From Candidatus Micrarchaeota archaeon (GTDB lineage: Archaea; B1Sed10-29), in assembly GCA_964388265.1 (NCBI GenBank), contig CAYLXZ010000018.1, positions 2,134 to 13,455 on the forward strand: a stretch of DNA of 11,322 nucleotides, read 5' to 3'. The translations under genes and the position numbers were made by a program. The notes beneath the pieces were generated by a model. That model saw only the letters and a list, made by a program, of their open reading frames with translations. It was not told the DNA's origin and made no database searches. Below, piece by piece: positions 1 through 7,949 of the stretch (within the stretch, counting starts at the first letter, position 1; each line of letters begins with the position of its first letter).

Positions 1-17
1 GTTTATAAACCTTCTGG

Positions 18-36
18 AATAAAGCATTTATTAAAA
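18..36 (+). promoter_or_regulatory. Putative archaeal BRE/TATA promoter (TTTATTAA at 27-34) for a probably leaderless P-type ATPase transcript
   Basis: TTTATTAA starts 27 nt upstream of the ATG at 54 and is preceded by purine-rich AATAAAGCA (BRE-like). There is no Shine-Dalgarno before the ATG. This spacing is typical of leaderless archaeal mRNAs. Confidence 0.55.
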
Positions 37-53
37 GACCTCCTACTTGAAAC

Positions 54-2714
54 ATGTCGAACTTCTACCAATCAACCATACAAGAAACACTGAAGAAACT
101 AGGAACACGAGAAAAAGGACTAACCCAAGAAGAAGCAGAAGAAAAACTAGAGAAATACGGAGAGAACAAGCTAGAGAAAAAAGAAGAAATACATCCACTA
201 GAAATATTCCTAAGGCAGTTCAAAGACACACTAGTCATCATACTGATACTAGCCGCAGTATTCTCCTTCGCAATAGGACACATGCTCGACGGAGGATTCA
301 TCGTCATAATAGTTATCCTGAACTCAATACTAGGATTCATACAAGAATACAAAGCCGAAGAATCCCTACAGAAACTCAAAGAAATGACCGCGCCCGAAGC
401 AATCGTTATACGAGACGGAGAAGAGGAGAAAATTCCAGCAAAGAAACTAGTGCCAGGAGACATCATACTCATACAACAAGGAGACAAAGTACCCGCGGAC
501 GCCAGAATAATAGAATCCATGAACTTCAAGGTAAACGAAGCAGTCCTAACAGGAGAATCCCTACCAGAAGACAAACACGAAGAAAAGATAAAAGAAGAAA
601 GACAGCCAAGTGAAAGAACAAACATGGTGTACATGGGTTCAACAGCCACATACGGACATGCAAAAGCCATAGTAACAGCCACAGGGATGGAAACCGAGTT
701 CGGAGAAATAGCAGGATTAATAACCGAAAGAGAAAAAACCACACCACTACAGAAGAAACTAGCTACCTTTGGAAAAAGACTAGGAGCAGTTATACTCGCA
801 GTAGCAGCCATCATATCCATAATAGGGATACTTCAAGGTGGATCCACAGTGCAGATGATTCTAACAGGTATCACTCTGGCAGTGGCAGCTATTCCAGAGG
901 GACTACCCGCAGTAGTCACCATCACCCTAGGCCTAGGTGTAAAGAAGATGGCGAAAGAAAACGCCCTAGTAAGAAAACTACCAGCCGTAGAAACACTAGG
1001 ATCCACAACAGTCATATGCAGTGACAAAACAGGAACAATAACCAGAAACGAGATGACTGTGGAGAAAATCAAGACCGAAGCAAACGAATTCAAAGTAACC
1101 GGATCAGGATACAAAGAAGAAGGAGAATTCAAGCTAGATGAAGAAGAGATAGATCCAGAGAAATACAAAGAACTACATCTAGCTCTGGAAACTGGCTTCC
1201 TCTGCAATAATGCTGAAGTAAGAGACGACTCCGTGCTAGGAGACCCAACAGAAGGAGCTCTATTCGTAGTAGGTGAAAAAGCAGGAATAGAAAAAGAAAA
1301 ACACGGAGAAAGACTTCATGAAATACCATTCAGTTCAAATAGAAAAAGAATGACAGTGGTATACGAGAATGAAGAGAAAATGGCTTACGTCAAAGGAGCC
1401 GCGGAAACGATTCTAGAAAGATGCAACAGATACATGGAGAACGGAGAAATCAAAGAACTAACTGAAAAGAAGAAAGAGAAATTCATCAAGGAAAACGACG
1501 AAATGAGCTCCAGCGGACTAAGAGTACTGGCCATGGCACACAAGAAACTAGAGAAAGACATAGATGAGATAGAAGATGAAGAAATAGAAGAAGATTTGAT
1601 TTTCACTGGATTAATCGGTATGATAGACGCTCCTAGAGAAGGAGTAAAAGAAGATATAGAGAAATGCAGGCAAGCAGGAATAGACGTGAAGATGATAACA
1701 GGAGACAACGAACAAACAGCTCGAGCAGTAGCAAAAGAAGTTGGATTAAGCGATGAAGAACCAACCACAGGGAAAGAAATAGATAAACTAACCGACGAAG
1801 AGTTAAGAGAAGTAGTGGAAGAGAAAAAAGTGTTCGCAAGAGTATCTCCAAAACACAAAGTAAGGATAGTTGAAGCCCTCAAAAACAATGACGAAGTTGT
1901 AGCAGTCACAGGAGACGGAGTGAACGATGCACCCGCACTCAAAAAAGGACACATAGGCATATCAATGGGAATAACAGGCACCGACGTCACGAAAGAAACC
2001 GGGGAAATGATTCTACTCGATGATGACTTCAGCACCATAGTCCAGGCAGTTGAAAGAGGAAGAAACATCTACCAGAACATAAAGAAATTCGTCAGATACC
2101 TCCTAAGCTGTAACGCAGGAGAAGTAGCTACAATGCTGTTCGCCGTGTTAGCTGCATTCGCCTACCTACCACTTTTACCTGTTCAAATACTATGGGTGAA
2201 CCTAGTTACCGATGGACTACCAGCACTAGCGCTTGGATCCGATCCACTGGACCCAGAAGAAATGAAGAGACCACCAAGAGACAAACATGAAAGCATAATT
2301 GACAGAGAGATGGTTTTCCTAATCATATTCGTTGGCATAATAATGGCAGCGGGAACACTATTCATGTTCACCAACATCTCCTCAGGTAAAGCTACCCATA
2401 GAACCATTGCATTCACCGCGCTGATAACCATGCAGATGTTCCTTGTCTACAGCATGAAAGCAAGAGGCCCAATGAATATAAGGGACATCACCGAGAACAA
2501 AAAACTCATAGCAGCTACCACCGGATCCATGGCACTTCAGGTAATGGTCGTATACCTGCCATTCATGAATGTAATTCTACATACAACTCCCCTAGCTCCA
2601 TGGGTATGGGGAGCAGTACTAGGACTAGGTCTACTATCTCTAATCGTGGTAGAAACTGGAAAAAGAATATTCCTATATCTAGATCCTGAAGAATGGACCA
2701 CAAGAATAAGTTAA
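54..2714 (+). CDS. Cation-translocating P-type ATPase, type IIA (SERCA/PMR1-like, probable Ca2+ pump), 886 aa
   Basis: All P-type motifs are present: LTGES (A domain), IPEGLP (TM4), CSDKTGT phosphorylation site, KGA, MITGD and TGDGVNDAPAL. TM5 LSCNAGEV and TM6 QILWVNLVTDGLPALALG closely match the SERCA Ca2+-site helices. Confidence 0.95.
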   Translation: MSNFYQSTIQETLKKLGTREKGLTQEEAEEKLEKYGENKLEKKEEIHPLEIFLRQFKDTLVIILILAAVFSFAIGHMLDGGFIVIIVILNSILGFIQEYKAEESLQKLKEMTAPEAIVIRDGEEEKIPAKKLVPGDIILIQQGDKVPADARIIESMNFKVNEAVLTGESLPEDKHEEKIKEERQPSERTNMVYMGSTATYGHAKAIVTATGMETEFGEIAGLITEREKTTPLQKKLATFGKRLGAVILAVAAIISIIGILQGGSTVQMILTGITLAVAAIPEGLPAVVTITLGLGVKKMAKENALVRKLPAVETLGSTTVICSDKTGTITRNEMTVEKIKTEANEFKVTGSGYKEEGEFKLDEEEIDPEKYKELHLALETGFLCNNAEVRDDSVLGDPTEGALFVVGEKAGIEKEKHGERLHEIPFSSNRKRMTVVYENEEKMAYVKGAAETILERCNRYMENGEIKELTEKKKEKFIKENDEMSSSGLRVLAMAHKKLEKDIDEIEDEEIEEDLIFTGLIGMIDAPREGVKEDIEKCRQAGIDVKMITGDNEQTARAVAKEVGLSDEEPTTGKEIDKLTDEELREVVEEKKVFARVSPKHKVRIVEALKNNDEVVAVTGDGVNDAPALKKGHIGISMGITGTDVTKETGEMILLDDDFSTIVQAVERGRNIYQNIKKFVRYLLSCNAGEVATMLFAVLAAFAYLPLLPVQILWVNLVTDGLPALALGSDPLDPEEMKRPPRDKHESIIDREMVFLIIFVGIIMAAGTLFMFTNISSGKATHRTIAFTALITMQMFLVYSMKARGPMNIRDITENKKLIAATTGSMALQVMVVYLPFMNVILHTTPLAPWVWGAVLGLGLLSLIVVETGKRIFLYLDPEEWTTRIS

Positions 2715-2740
2715 AACCACGAGTACAATAAGAAGTAACC

Positions 2741-3943
2741 GTGAGCAAGATGGATGAGAAACAGAAACAGGAACTCAAGAAAAAGATAAAAAAACTCAAA
2801 GAAATGAAAGGAGAAGGCACAGAACTAATCAGCCTATACATACCACCGGACTACAACGTATCACAAGAAGTCCGAAGGCTGAAAACTGAGTACAGCGAAG
2901 CAGCCAACATCAAGTCAAAATCCACGAGAAAAAACGTTCAATCAGCAGTTAAGAGCCTTCTTCAAACTCTTAAAGGAGTTAATAAACCACCTGAGAACGG
3001 AGTAGCTCTATTCTGCGGTTACATAGACGGAAAAGTAGAACAATACAAGATAGTTCCCCCAGAACCCATCCAGAGCAATCTATACAGATGCAGCAATGAA
3101 TTCTACCTAGAGCCGCTGGAAAAACTAGTGGAATCCAGAGAAAAATACGGGTTAGTCGCAATAGACGGAAAAACCGCTACAATAGGGAAATTAAGAGGAA
3201 AAAACGTGGAGATAATACAGCAGTTCTCATCCAAGGTACCCAGCAAACACACAAAAGGAGGATGGAGCCAGAAAAGATTCGAAAGACTCATCAACGAAGC
3301 AAAACACGAGTACTTCAAAAAAGTAGCAAGCGTAGTGAACCAAGAATTCCAAGATGATGAGATAAAAGGCGTTATACTCGGAGGACCAGGGCAAAGCAAA
3401 GACAAACTACACAACGAAGAATACCTAAACAAAAAAGTAATGGATAAAGTAATGGGAAAAGTCAGCACCAGCTACGCCGATGAATCAGGAATAAACGAGC
3501 TCCTGGACAAATCCGAAGACATGATAAGAGACCTAGAGGTGCAGAGAGAAAGACAGAGTATAAATGACTTCATACAAAAGATATCAACGAACGAACTAGC
3601 CACCTACGGTTTAAAAGAAGTCACGCAGGCACTTAAGAAAGGCAAGGTAAAGAAACTTCTAATATCCAATGAAGTGGACTGGGAAAAAGTAAAAGTAAAG
3701 TGCCCAAACTGCGGAGAAGAGAAAAAACTAGTCAAAGACTGGGAAGAATTCCAAGAACAAGGACGAAAATGCCCTGAATGCGGAGAAGAAAGAAACATAG
3801 AAGACAAGAAAAAGATAACTGACAAACTAGAGGAACTAGCAGAACAAACAGGAGCAGAAGTAGAGTACATATCCACGGACACAGATAAAGGACAGCAGTT
3901 CCACGAAGCATTCGGAGGAATAGGCGCAATACTCCGATACTGA
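2741..3943 (+). CDS. prf1: Peptide chain release factor aRF1 (eRF1/aRF1 family) with non-canonical GGWSQ catalytic loop and a Zn-ribbon minidomain. GTG start at 2741, alternative ATG at 2750.
   Basis: N domain: GTELISLYIPP, EAANIKSKSTRKNV (NIKS), PPENGVALFCG, LYRCSNEF (YxCxxxF). M domain: VPSKHTKGGWSQKRFER and ILGGPG. C domain: ATYG, CPNC...CPEC and terminal FGGIGAILRY. Confidence 0.92.
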   Translation: MSKMDEKQKQELKKKIKKLKEMKGEGTELISLYIPPDYNVSQEVRRLKTEYSEAANIKSKSTRKNVQSAVKSLLQTLKGVNKPPENGVALFCGYIDGKVEQYKIVPPEPIQSNLYRCSNEFYLEPLEKLVESREKYGLVAIDGKTATIGKLRGKNVEIIQQFSSKVPSKHTKGGWSQKRFERLINEAKHEYFKKVASVVNQEFQDDEIKGVILGGPGQSKDKLHNEEYLNKKVMDKVMGKVSTSYADESGINELLDKSEDMIRDLEVQRERQSINDFIQKISTNELATYGLKEVTQALKKGKVKKLLISNEVDWEKVKVKCPNCGEEKKLVKDWEEFQEQGRKCPECGEERNIEDKKKITDKLEELAEQTGAEVEYISTDTDKGQQFHEAFGGIGAILRY

Positions 3944-3966
3944 TCCTTCCAACTAAATGATCCAAG

Positions 3967-5064
3967 ATGTACGAGATAAAGAAGAACCCAAAGGACTTCA
4001 AAGTCGAAGAGATCACTCCAAACAAAGAAACACTCAAAATAAATAAAGACTACAGTTTCAATCCTTCAAGCAAGGGAGATCATCTAGTATGCGTTCTAGT
4101 TAAGAGAGACTGGGAGCAGAACAAAGCCATCAAAGAAATAAGCAACCGGCTGCATATCTCCAGGAAGAGAATAAGCTACGCCGGAACCAAGGACAAGAGA
4201 GCCTTAACAAGCCAGAGAATCTCAATCCGGAAAGCAGAACCCAAAGACATAGAGGAAATGAAGATAAAAGACATCGAGATACATTCAATAAAGAAATCCG
4301 TGGATAAAGTAGCCATGGGAGACCTATGGGGAAACAAATTCACAATAAAAGTAAATACAGACCAAGAAATCAAGGAAAGCATAGTTCCGGAGAAGGTGCC
4401 TAACTACTTCGGGCACCAGAGATTCGGAAAAATAAGACCAATAACTCACCTGGTTGGGAAAGCACTTCTTGAAGAGAATCCGGAGAAAGCAGTGAAGATA
4501 TATCTCGCTAAAACCTTTGAGGATGAAAGCGAAGATGCTAAGAAAGCCAGAGAATGGCTCAAAGAGAACTGGGAAGAAAAACCGTTTAAAGAAGCTCTGA
4601 AGAAGTATCCTGACTACCTAGGGTACGAGAGAACACTTATACATCACTTGGCGGAGTACCCACGGGACTTCATAAACGCGATCCGTGAACTGCCAAAGAA
4701 CCTGGAGATAATGTTCATACACGCCTACCAGAGCCATCTATTCAACCAATATATAGATAAAGTAAAAGATAAAGATATCCAACAGGAAAAAGGACCGATA
4801 TACGGATACAAAACAGAGCTAGAGAACGAATACGAAGAAGAAGTGCTGGAAGAAGAAAACTTGAACCTAGATGATTTCAAGAATAGCCTGATGCCTGAGA
4901 TAAGTGTGGAAGGAGAAAGAAGAGAACTATTTATCGACCTAAAGGACTTCGAGATCCTTGAAGAAGGAAAAGGTTACTACGTAGTTAGTTTTTCCCTACC
5001 AAAGGGAAGCTACGCCACAGTTGTAATGGATGAAATCTTTAAAAAGAATGAAGAGGAAGTATAA
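3967..5064 (+). CDS. truD: tRNA pseudouridine(13) synthase TruD, 365 aa
   Basis: Motifs PKDFKVEEI, SYAGTKDKRALTSQRISI (catalytic Asp in GTKD), GDLWGNKFTI, PNYFGHQRFG, HAYQSHLFN and FSLPKGSYATVV. Confidence 0.95.
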   Translation: MYEIKKNPKDFKVEEITPNKETLKINKDYSFNPSSKGDHLVCVLVKRDWEQNKAIKEISNRLHISRKRISYAGTKDKRALTSQRISIRKAEPKDIEEMKIKDIEIHSIKKSVDKVAMGDLWGNKFTIKVNTDQEIKESIVPEKVPNYFGHQRFGKIRPITHLVGKALLEENPEKAVKIYLAKTFEDESEDAKKAREWLKENWEEKPFKEALKKYPDYLGYERTLIHHLAEYPRDFINAIRELPKNLEIMFIHAYQSHLFNQYIDKVKDKDIQQEKGPIYGYKTELENEYEEEVLEEENLNLDDFKNSLMPEISVEGERRELFIDLKDFEILEEGKGYYVVSFSLPKGSYATVVMDEIFKKNEEEV

Positions 5065-5067
5065 TCA

Positions 5068-6366
5068 ATGGATGATAAATCAAAGATTTTACTGCTAGAG
5101 GCAGCTGTAATCATCATCTTCCTATCTCTAGCTTTTGTTCCTAGAATGTATCCTGATGAAGGAACTTACCTGAACTACGGTGAAGCATGGAGAACCGGTG
5201 AATTAATTCCCAGTGCGGAGATACCTGTTCTGCATAGACCTGTATTTGTTTCATTGGTTTCCTTGGTATCTAACCTTTCTCTTTCTTTAGCTAGGTTAAT
5301 TCTTCTTCCCTTCGTGATGGGTTCAGTTTACTTAGCGTATTTAATCGGTGAAAAGCTTGATTTACGTGGAGAAATTACCTCTATTCCTTTATTGCTTTCA
5401 CCTATCTTTCTTTTTTATCTAGGGACCTTGCTTCCTGACTTCCTCTTGGTCTTCTTTATCTTACTATCCATCTACCTGTTCATAAAGTCGGTTAAGGAGA
5501 ATGATGTGAAGTGGAGTTACTTCGCGGGTTTATCAACTGCTCTGGCAGTTCTCACGAAGGAATCAGGCGCTCTATTAATCCCAGTGTTCCTGGTTTTCTA
5601 TAAAGAATTTGACTACAAGAGATTCTTAGCAGCTTCCTTGATTCCCATAGGGCTTTATATCCTGGTTATTGGTCGGGACTTCTTTCTATTCCTTGGTTAC
5701 TCGCTAAAGTACTCTTTCCCTATAGCTCAGCCAGGTATCAATACTTTTGTGAACATGGTTTCAATGGGACTTGGAGGAGTTCTATTTCTCTCTATCCTGG
5801 GTCTATGGAAGATGGATTACGGTGAATTCAAGACCAAGTTCTCTTTAGCTTACTGCCTTGTGTTTATTCCCATTACTCTGGCTCTGAGTTCCACATGGGT
5901 AGAGAGATACGCTATACTTTTCCTACCTGGATTACTGATCCCTTCAGCCATGGGCTTAAAGGAGATATGGAGGAAGAAGTACCTTATCCTTATTTTACTT
6001 ATTCTTATCCTAGGTACAGGTGCTTATCTGTATTCTGATCTGTCGAAAGCAGAGGAAGAATGGGGAACCAGTAAATACAGATCAGGGCTAGAAGCTATTT
6101 CTTCCTACCAAGATGAAGAGGTATTCATGCAGATAAATGACGAGCAGGTAAGGTGGATCACAGGTTCAAATAGATTTAAGAAGCTTCCAAGGAACTACGA
6201 GCAGTTCAAAGAAGCCACTGGATGTGAAGAAGTAACTGTCGCGATGTGGAAGTACGGTGAAGCCACGATATGGGAACCATATTACTGGAATGAAGAGATC
6301 TCGAAGTCCATTATAAAAGAAACTGATGAAGTAAAAATATTCAAAGCGAACTGCACGGGTCAATAA
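5068..6366 (+). CDS. GT-C fold membrane glycosyltransferase (ArnT/PMT-like, GT39/GT83-type), 432 aa
   Basis: Polytopic membrane protein with PDEGTY (the DE pair after TM1), HRPV, LLPDFLLVFF, GLSTALAVLTKESG and ERYAILFLP, then a C-terminal soluble domain. This is the usual layout of lipid-phosphate-sugar-dependent GT-C enzymes. It starts 3 nt after the truD stop. Confidence 0.8.
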   Translation: MDDKSKILLLEAAVIIIFLSLAFVPRMYPDEGTYLNYGEAWRTGELIPSAEIPVLHRPVFVSLVSLVSNLSLSLARLILLPFVMGSVYLAYLIGEKLDLRGEITSIPLLLSPIFLFYLGTLLPDFLLVFFILLSIYLFIKSVKENDVKWSYFAGLSTALAVLTKESGALLIPVFLVFYKEFDYKRFLAASLIPIGLYILVIGRDFFLFLGYSLKYSFPIAQPGINTFVNMVSMGLGGVLFLSILGLWKMDYGEFKTKFSLAYCLVFIPITLALSSTWVERYAILFLPGLLIPSAMGLKEIWRKKYLILILLILILGTGAYLYSDLSKAEEEWGTSKYRSGLEAISSYQDEEVFMQINDEQVRWITGSNRFKKLPRNYEQFKEATGCEEVTVAMWKYGEATIWEPYYWNEEISKSIIKETDEVKIFKANCTGQ

Positions 6367-7835
6367 GTCCTGTTCACGACCTCTTCACATAGGTCCGATC
6401 CCGGTGAAACAGGTTCATCTATCAATTTATACACTCTATAATCTTCGTTGGAGTAAACTTCTTTAAATCTACCGTGTTTGGAGACGTATGGGAAACCTGT
6501 ACAGGTTTCTCTTTCCACTACCCTATAGAGCATGTAACTCGAGTTGTATTTCTCCATTATACGAATCGTTTCATTTGCTTTGCTGGTGGCCATGGCTCTC
6601 CTTATGTCGTGGTATCTTTCATCTACATTAGGAGCGTATTCTAGGTAAGCGTCCATCACGTTCTTTCTCTCAGCTACTCCTGTTATGTAGTGTCCTTCTG
6701 TCCAGTAGGCCATCACCGTAGCGTTTTCAGGAGTATTGTTCTTTATCCAGGTCATTGCTCTGTATTGATTTGGTTTTGGTGGGGAAGTTATCATCTTTAT
6801 CCCTGGCATGACTATAACTAGGATCAGGTAGACTACTACCGCTATCTTCAGTAGCTTGGTTGGAACTATATCTAGCTTGAGATCAGATCTTAAGTCCTTG
6901 AACTTGGTGGCGAACACCGTGCCCGCTATTATGGATATTGGGAATATTATAACATCGTTCATTCTGCTGAATATTAGTAGAGAGGCAAGTGCACCTATTA
7001 GTAGCCATTCTCTAACTGGCTTGGTGACTCTTCCATCGAGTTTGAAGAACCCGTAGATAGCCATGATGACCACGGCAACATTGAATGAGATCGCTGTCAA
7101 GCCTGATTCGATTATGAAGAACTGTATACCGCTGCTGAACTCCACGAATATATCATAGGCTTCATATCTCTGGAATAACCCATATTTATCTATGAGAGGA
7201 TAGAAGTAGGTTGCGAAGAACGCTAGGAAAGCGGTGGAGAAAGGTAGGATTAATCTCTTTAGTTTTCTTCTCAATATGAATGCACCTATCAACAGCATCG
7301 AGATCCCCACAAGAGGACTTAGATACAGAGCGAATAACACAGGGATGAATGAAAGAGCATTGAGTTTTTTGTTATCTTTGTTGATCATCAGGAAGCTTAA
7401 AAGCATCACTATCAAGGCTGGTAAGCGTGGGTTGAGATGTATGGAGAAATAGGAGTAAGCTGGATTGAAGAAAAGGAATACAGAAGCATATAGAGACTGT
7501 TTATCAGTTAACCCTAAGTCCTTAGTGAAGAAGTAACATAGTACTATGCCTAGGCCACCTATCAATGGAGCTAAGATGAATTTAGCCGCTGGCATGAGAT
7601 GGATCATCCATGAGAAAGCTGGAGGATACGTCAAGGGCCTTCCTCCAAAGGATAAGGGATCGGTCCGTGCTCCTGATACGATTAAATCAGCTATTCTGGT
7701 GTGATAGTAGGTGGTGCCTCCGTACATGGAGTTATGGTAAAGAAAGACTCTGAGTACCTGAGGAAGAGTGAATATAATGGTGGCGATAACAGCAAAGATA
7801 ATCAACTTCTGTTTGGAGCTAAAGTCATTGAACAT
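6360..7835 (-). CDS. STT3/AglB-like (oligosaccharyltransferase-fold, GT-C) membrane protein with degenerate motifs, 491 aa
   Basis: N-terminal TYYHTRI...DPLSFGGRPLTYPP resembles the STT3 DxYYH...DP..YP.G..YPP loop, followed by multiple TM segments. C-terminal AMTWIKNNTPENATVMAYWTEGHYITGVAERKNVMD aligns with the STT3 WLxxNTPxxxxVxSWWDYG...xR segment. The stop overlaps the convergent gene by 7 bp. Confidence 0.72.
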   Translation of the reverse strand: MFNDFSSKQKLIIFAVIATIIFTLPQVLRVFLYHNSMYGGTTYYHTRIADLIVSGARTDPLSFGGRPLTYPPAFSWMIHLMPAAKFILAPLIGGLGIVLCYFFTKDLGLTDKQSLYASVFLFFNPAYSYFSIHLNPRLPALIVMLLSFLMINKDNKKLNALSFIPVLFALYLSPLVGISMLLIGAFILRRKLKRLILPFSTAFLAFFATYFYPLIDKYGLFQRYEAYDIFVEFSSGIQFFIIESGLTAISFNVAVVIMAIYGFFKLDGRVTKPVREWLLIGALASLLIFSRMNDVIIFPISIIAGTVFATKFKDLRSDLKLDIVPTKLLKIAVVVYLILVIVMPGIKMITSPPKPNQYRAMTWIKNNTPENATVMAYWTEGHYITGVAERKNVMDAYLEYAPNVDERYHDIRRAMATSKANETIRIMEKYNSSYMLYRVVERETCTGFPYVSKHGRFKEVYSNEDYRVYKLIDEPVSPGSDLCEEVVNRTY

Positions 7836-7930
7836 CTTTATCTTACCTTCAAGGATCCCTTGTTCTATTGAAAAGAACCCGTGGTATTTATCTTCTTCGG
7901 ACCCTAGATACTTCGCCTTTCATGTTCTAC

Positions 7931-7940
7931 TTAATAAAAA
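7931..7940 (-). promoter_or_regulatory. TATA-like element TTTTTATTAA upstream of the AglB-like gene (could instead be part of an oligo-T terminator)
   Basis: It has the same TTTATTAA core as the element upstream of the ATPase and lies about 95 nt upstream of the ATG at 7835, directly after a pyrimidine tract on the - strand. Confidence 0.3.
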
Positions 7941-7949
7941 GAGATTGAG

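Noticed and set aside
1..10. Perfect palindrome GTTTATAAAC
   Set aside because: It lies at the window edge. It could be a divergent TATA box, but there is no context to support a call.
47..613. 188-aa Arg/Thr-rich ORF overlapping the ATPase on the + strand
   Set aside because: Alternate-frame shadow of the ATPase. The T-poor coding strand makes stop codons rare, and the product has no recognisable motifs.
3377..3400. LGGPGQSK in aRF1 as a relocated GGQ motif
   Set aside because: This is the conserved M-domain xxGGPG strand-turn of aRF1, not the catalytic loop.
3701..3781. CPNC...CPEC zinc ribbon in aRF1 as a novelty
   Set aside because: A Zn-binding minidomain in the C domain is known in many archaeal aRF1 proteins.
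65..4382. Many antisense ORFs (e.g. 65-820, 1385-2068, 3103-3468) rich in Ser/Phe
   Set aside because: Mirror frames of well-supported genes, explained by codon bias.
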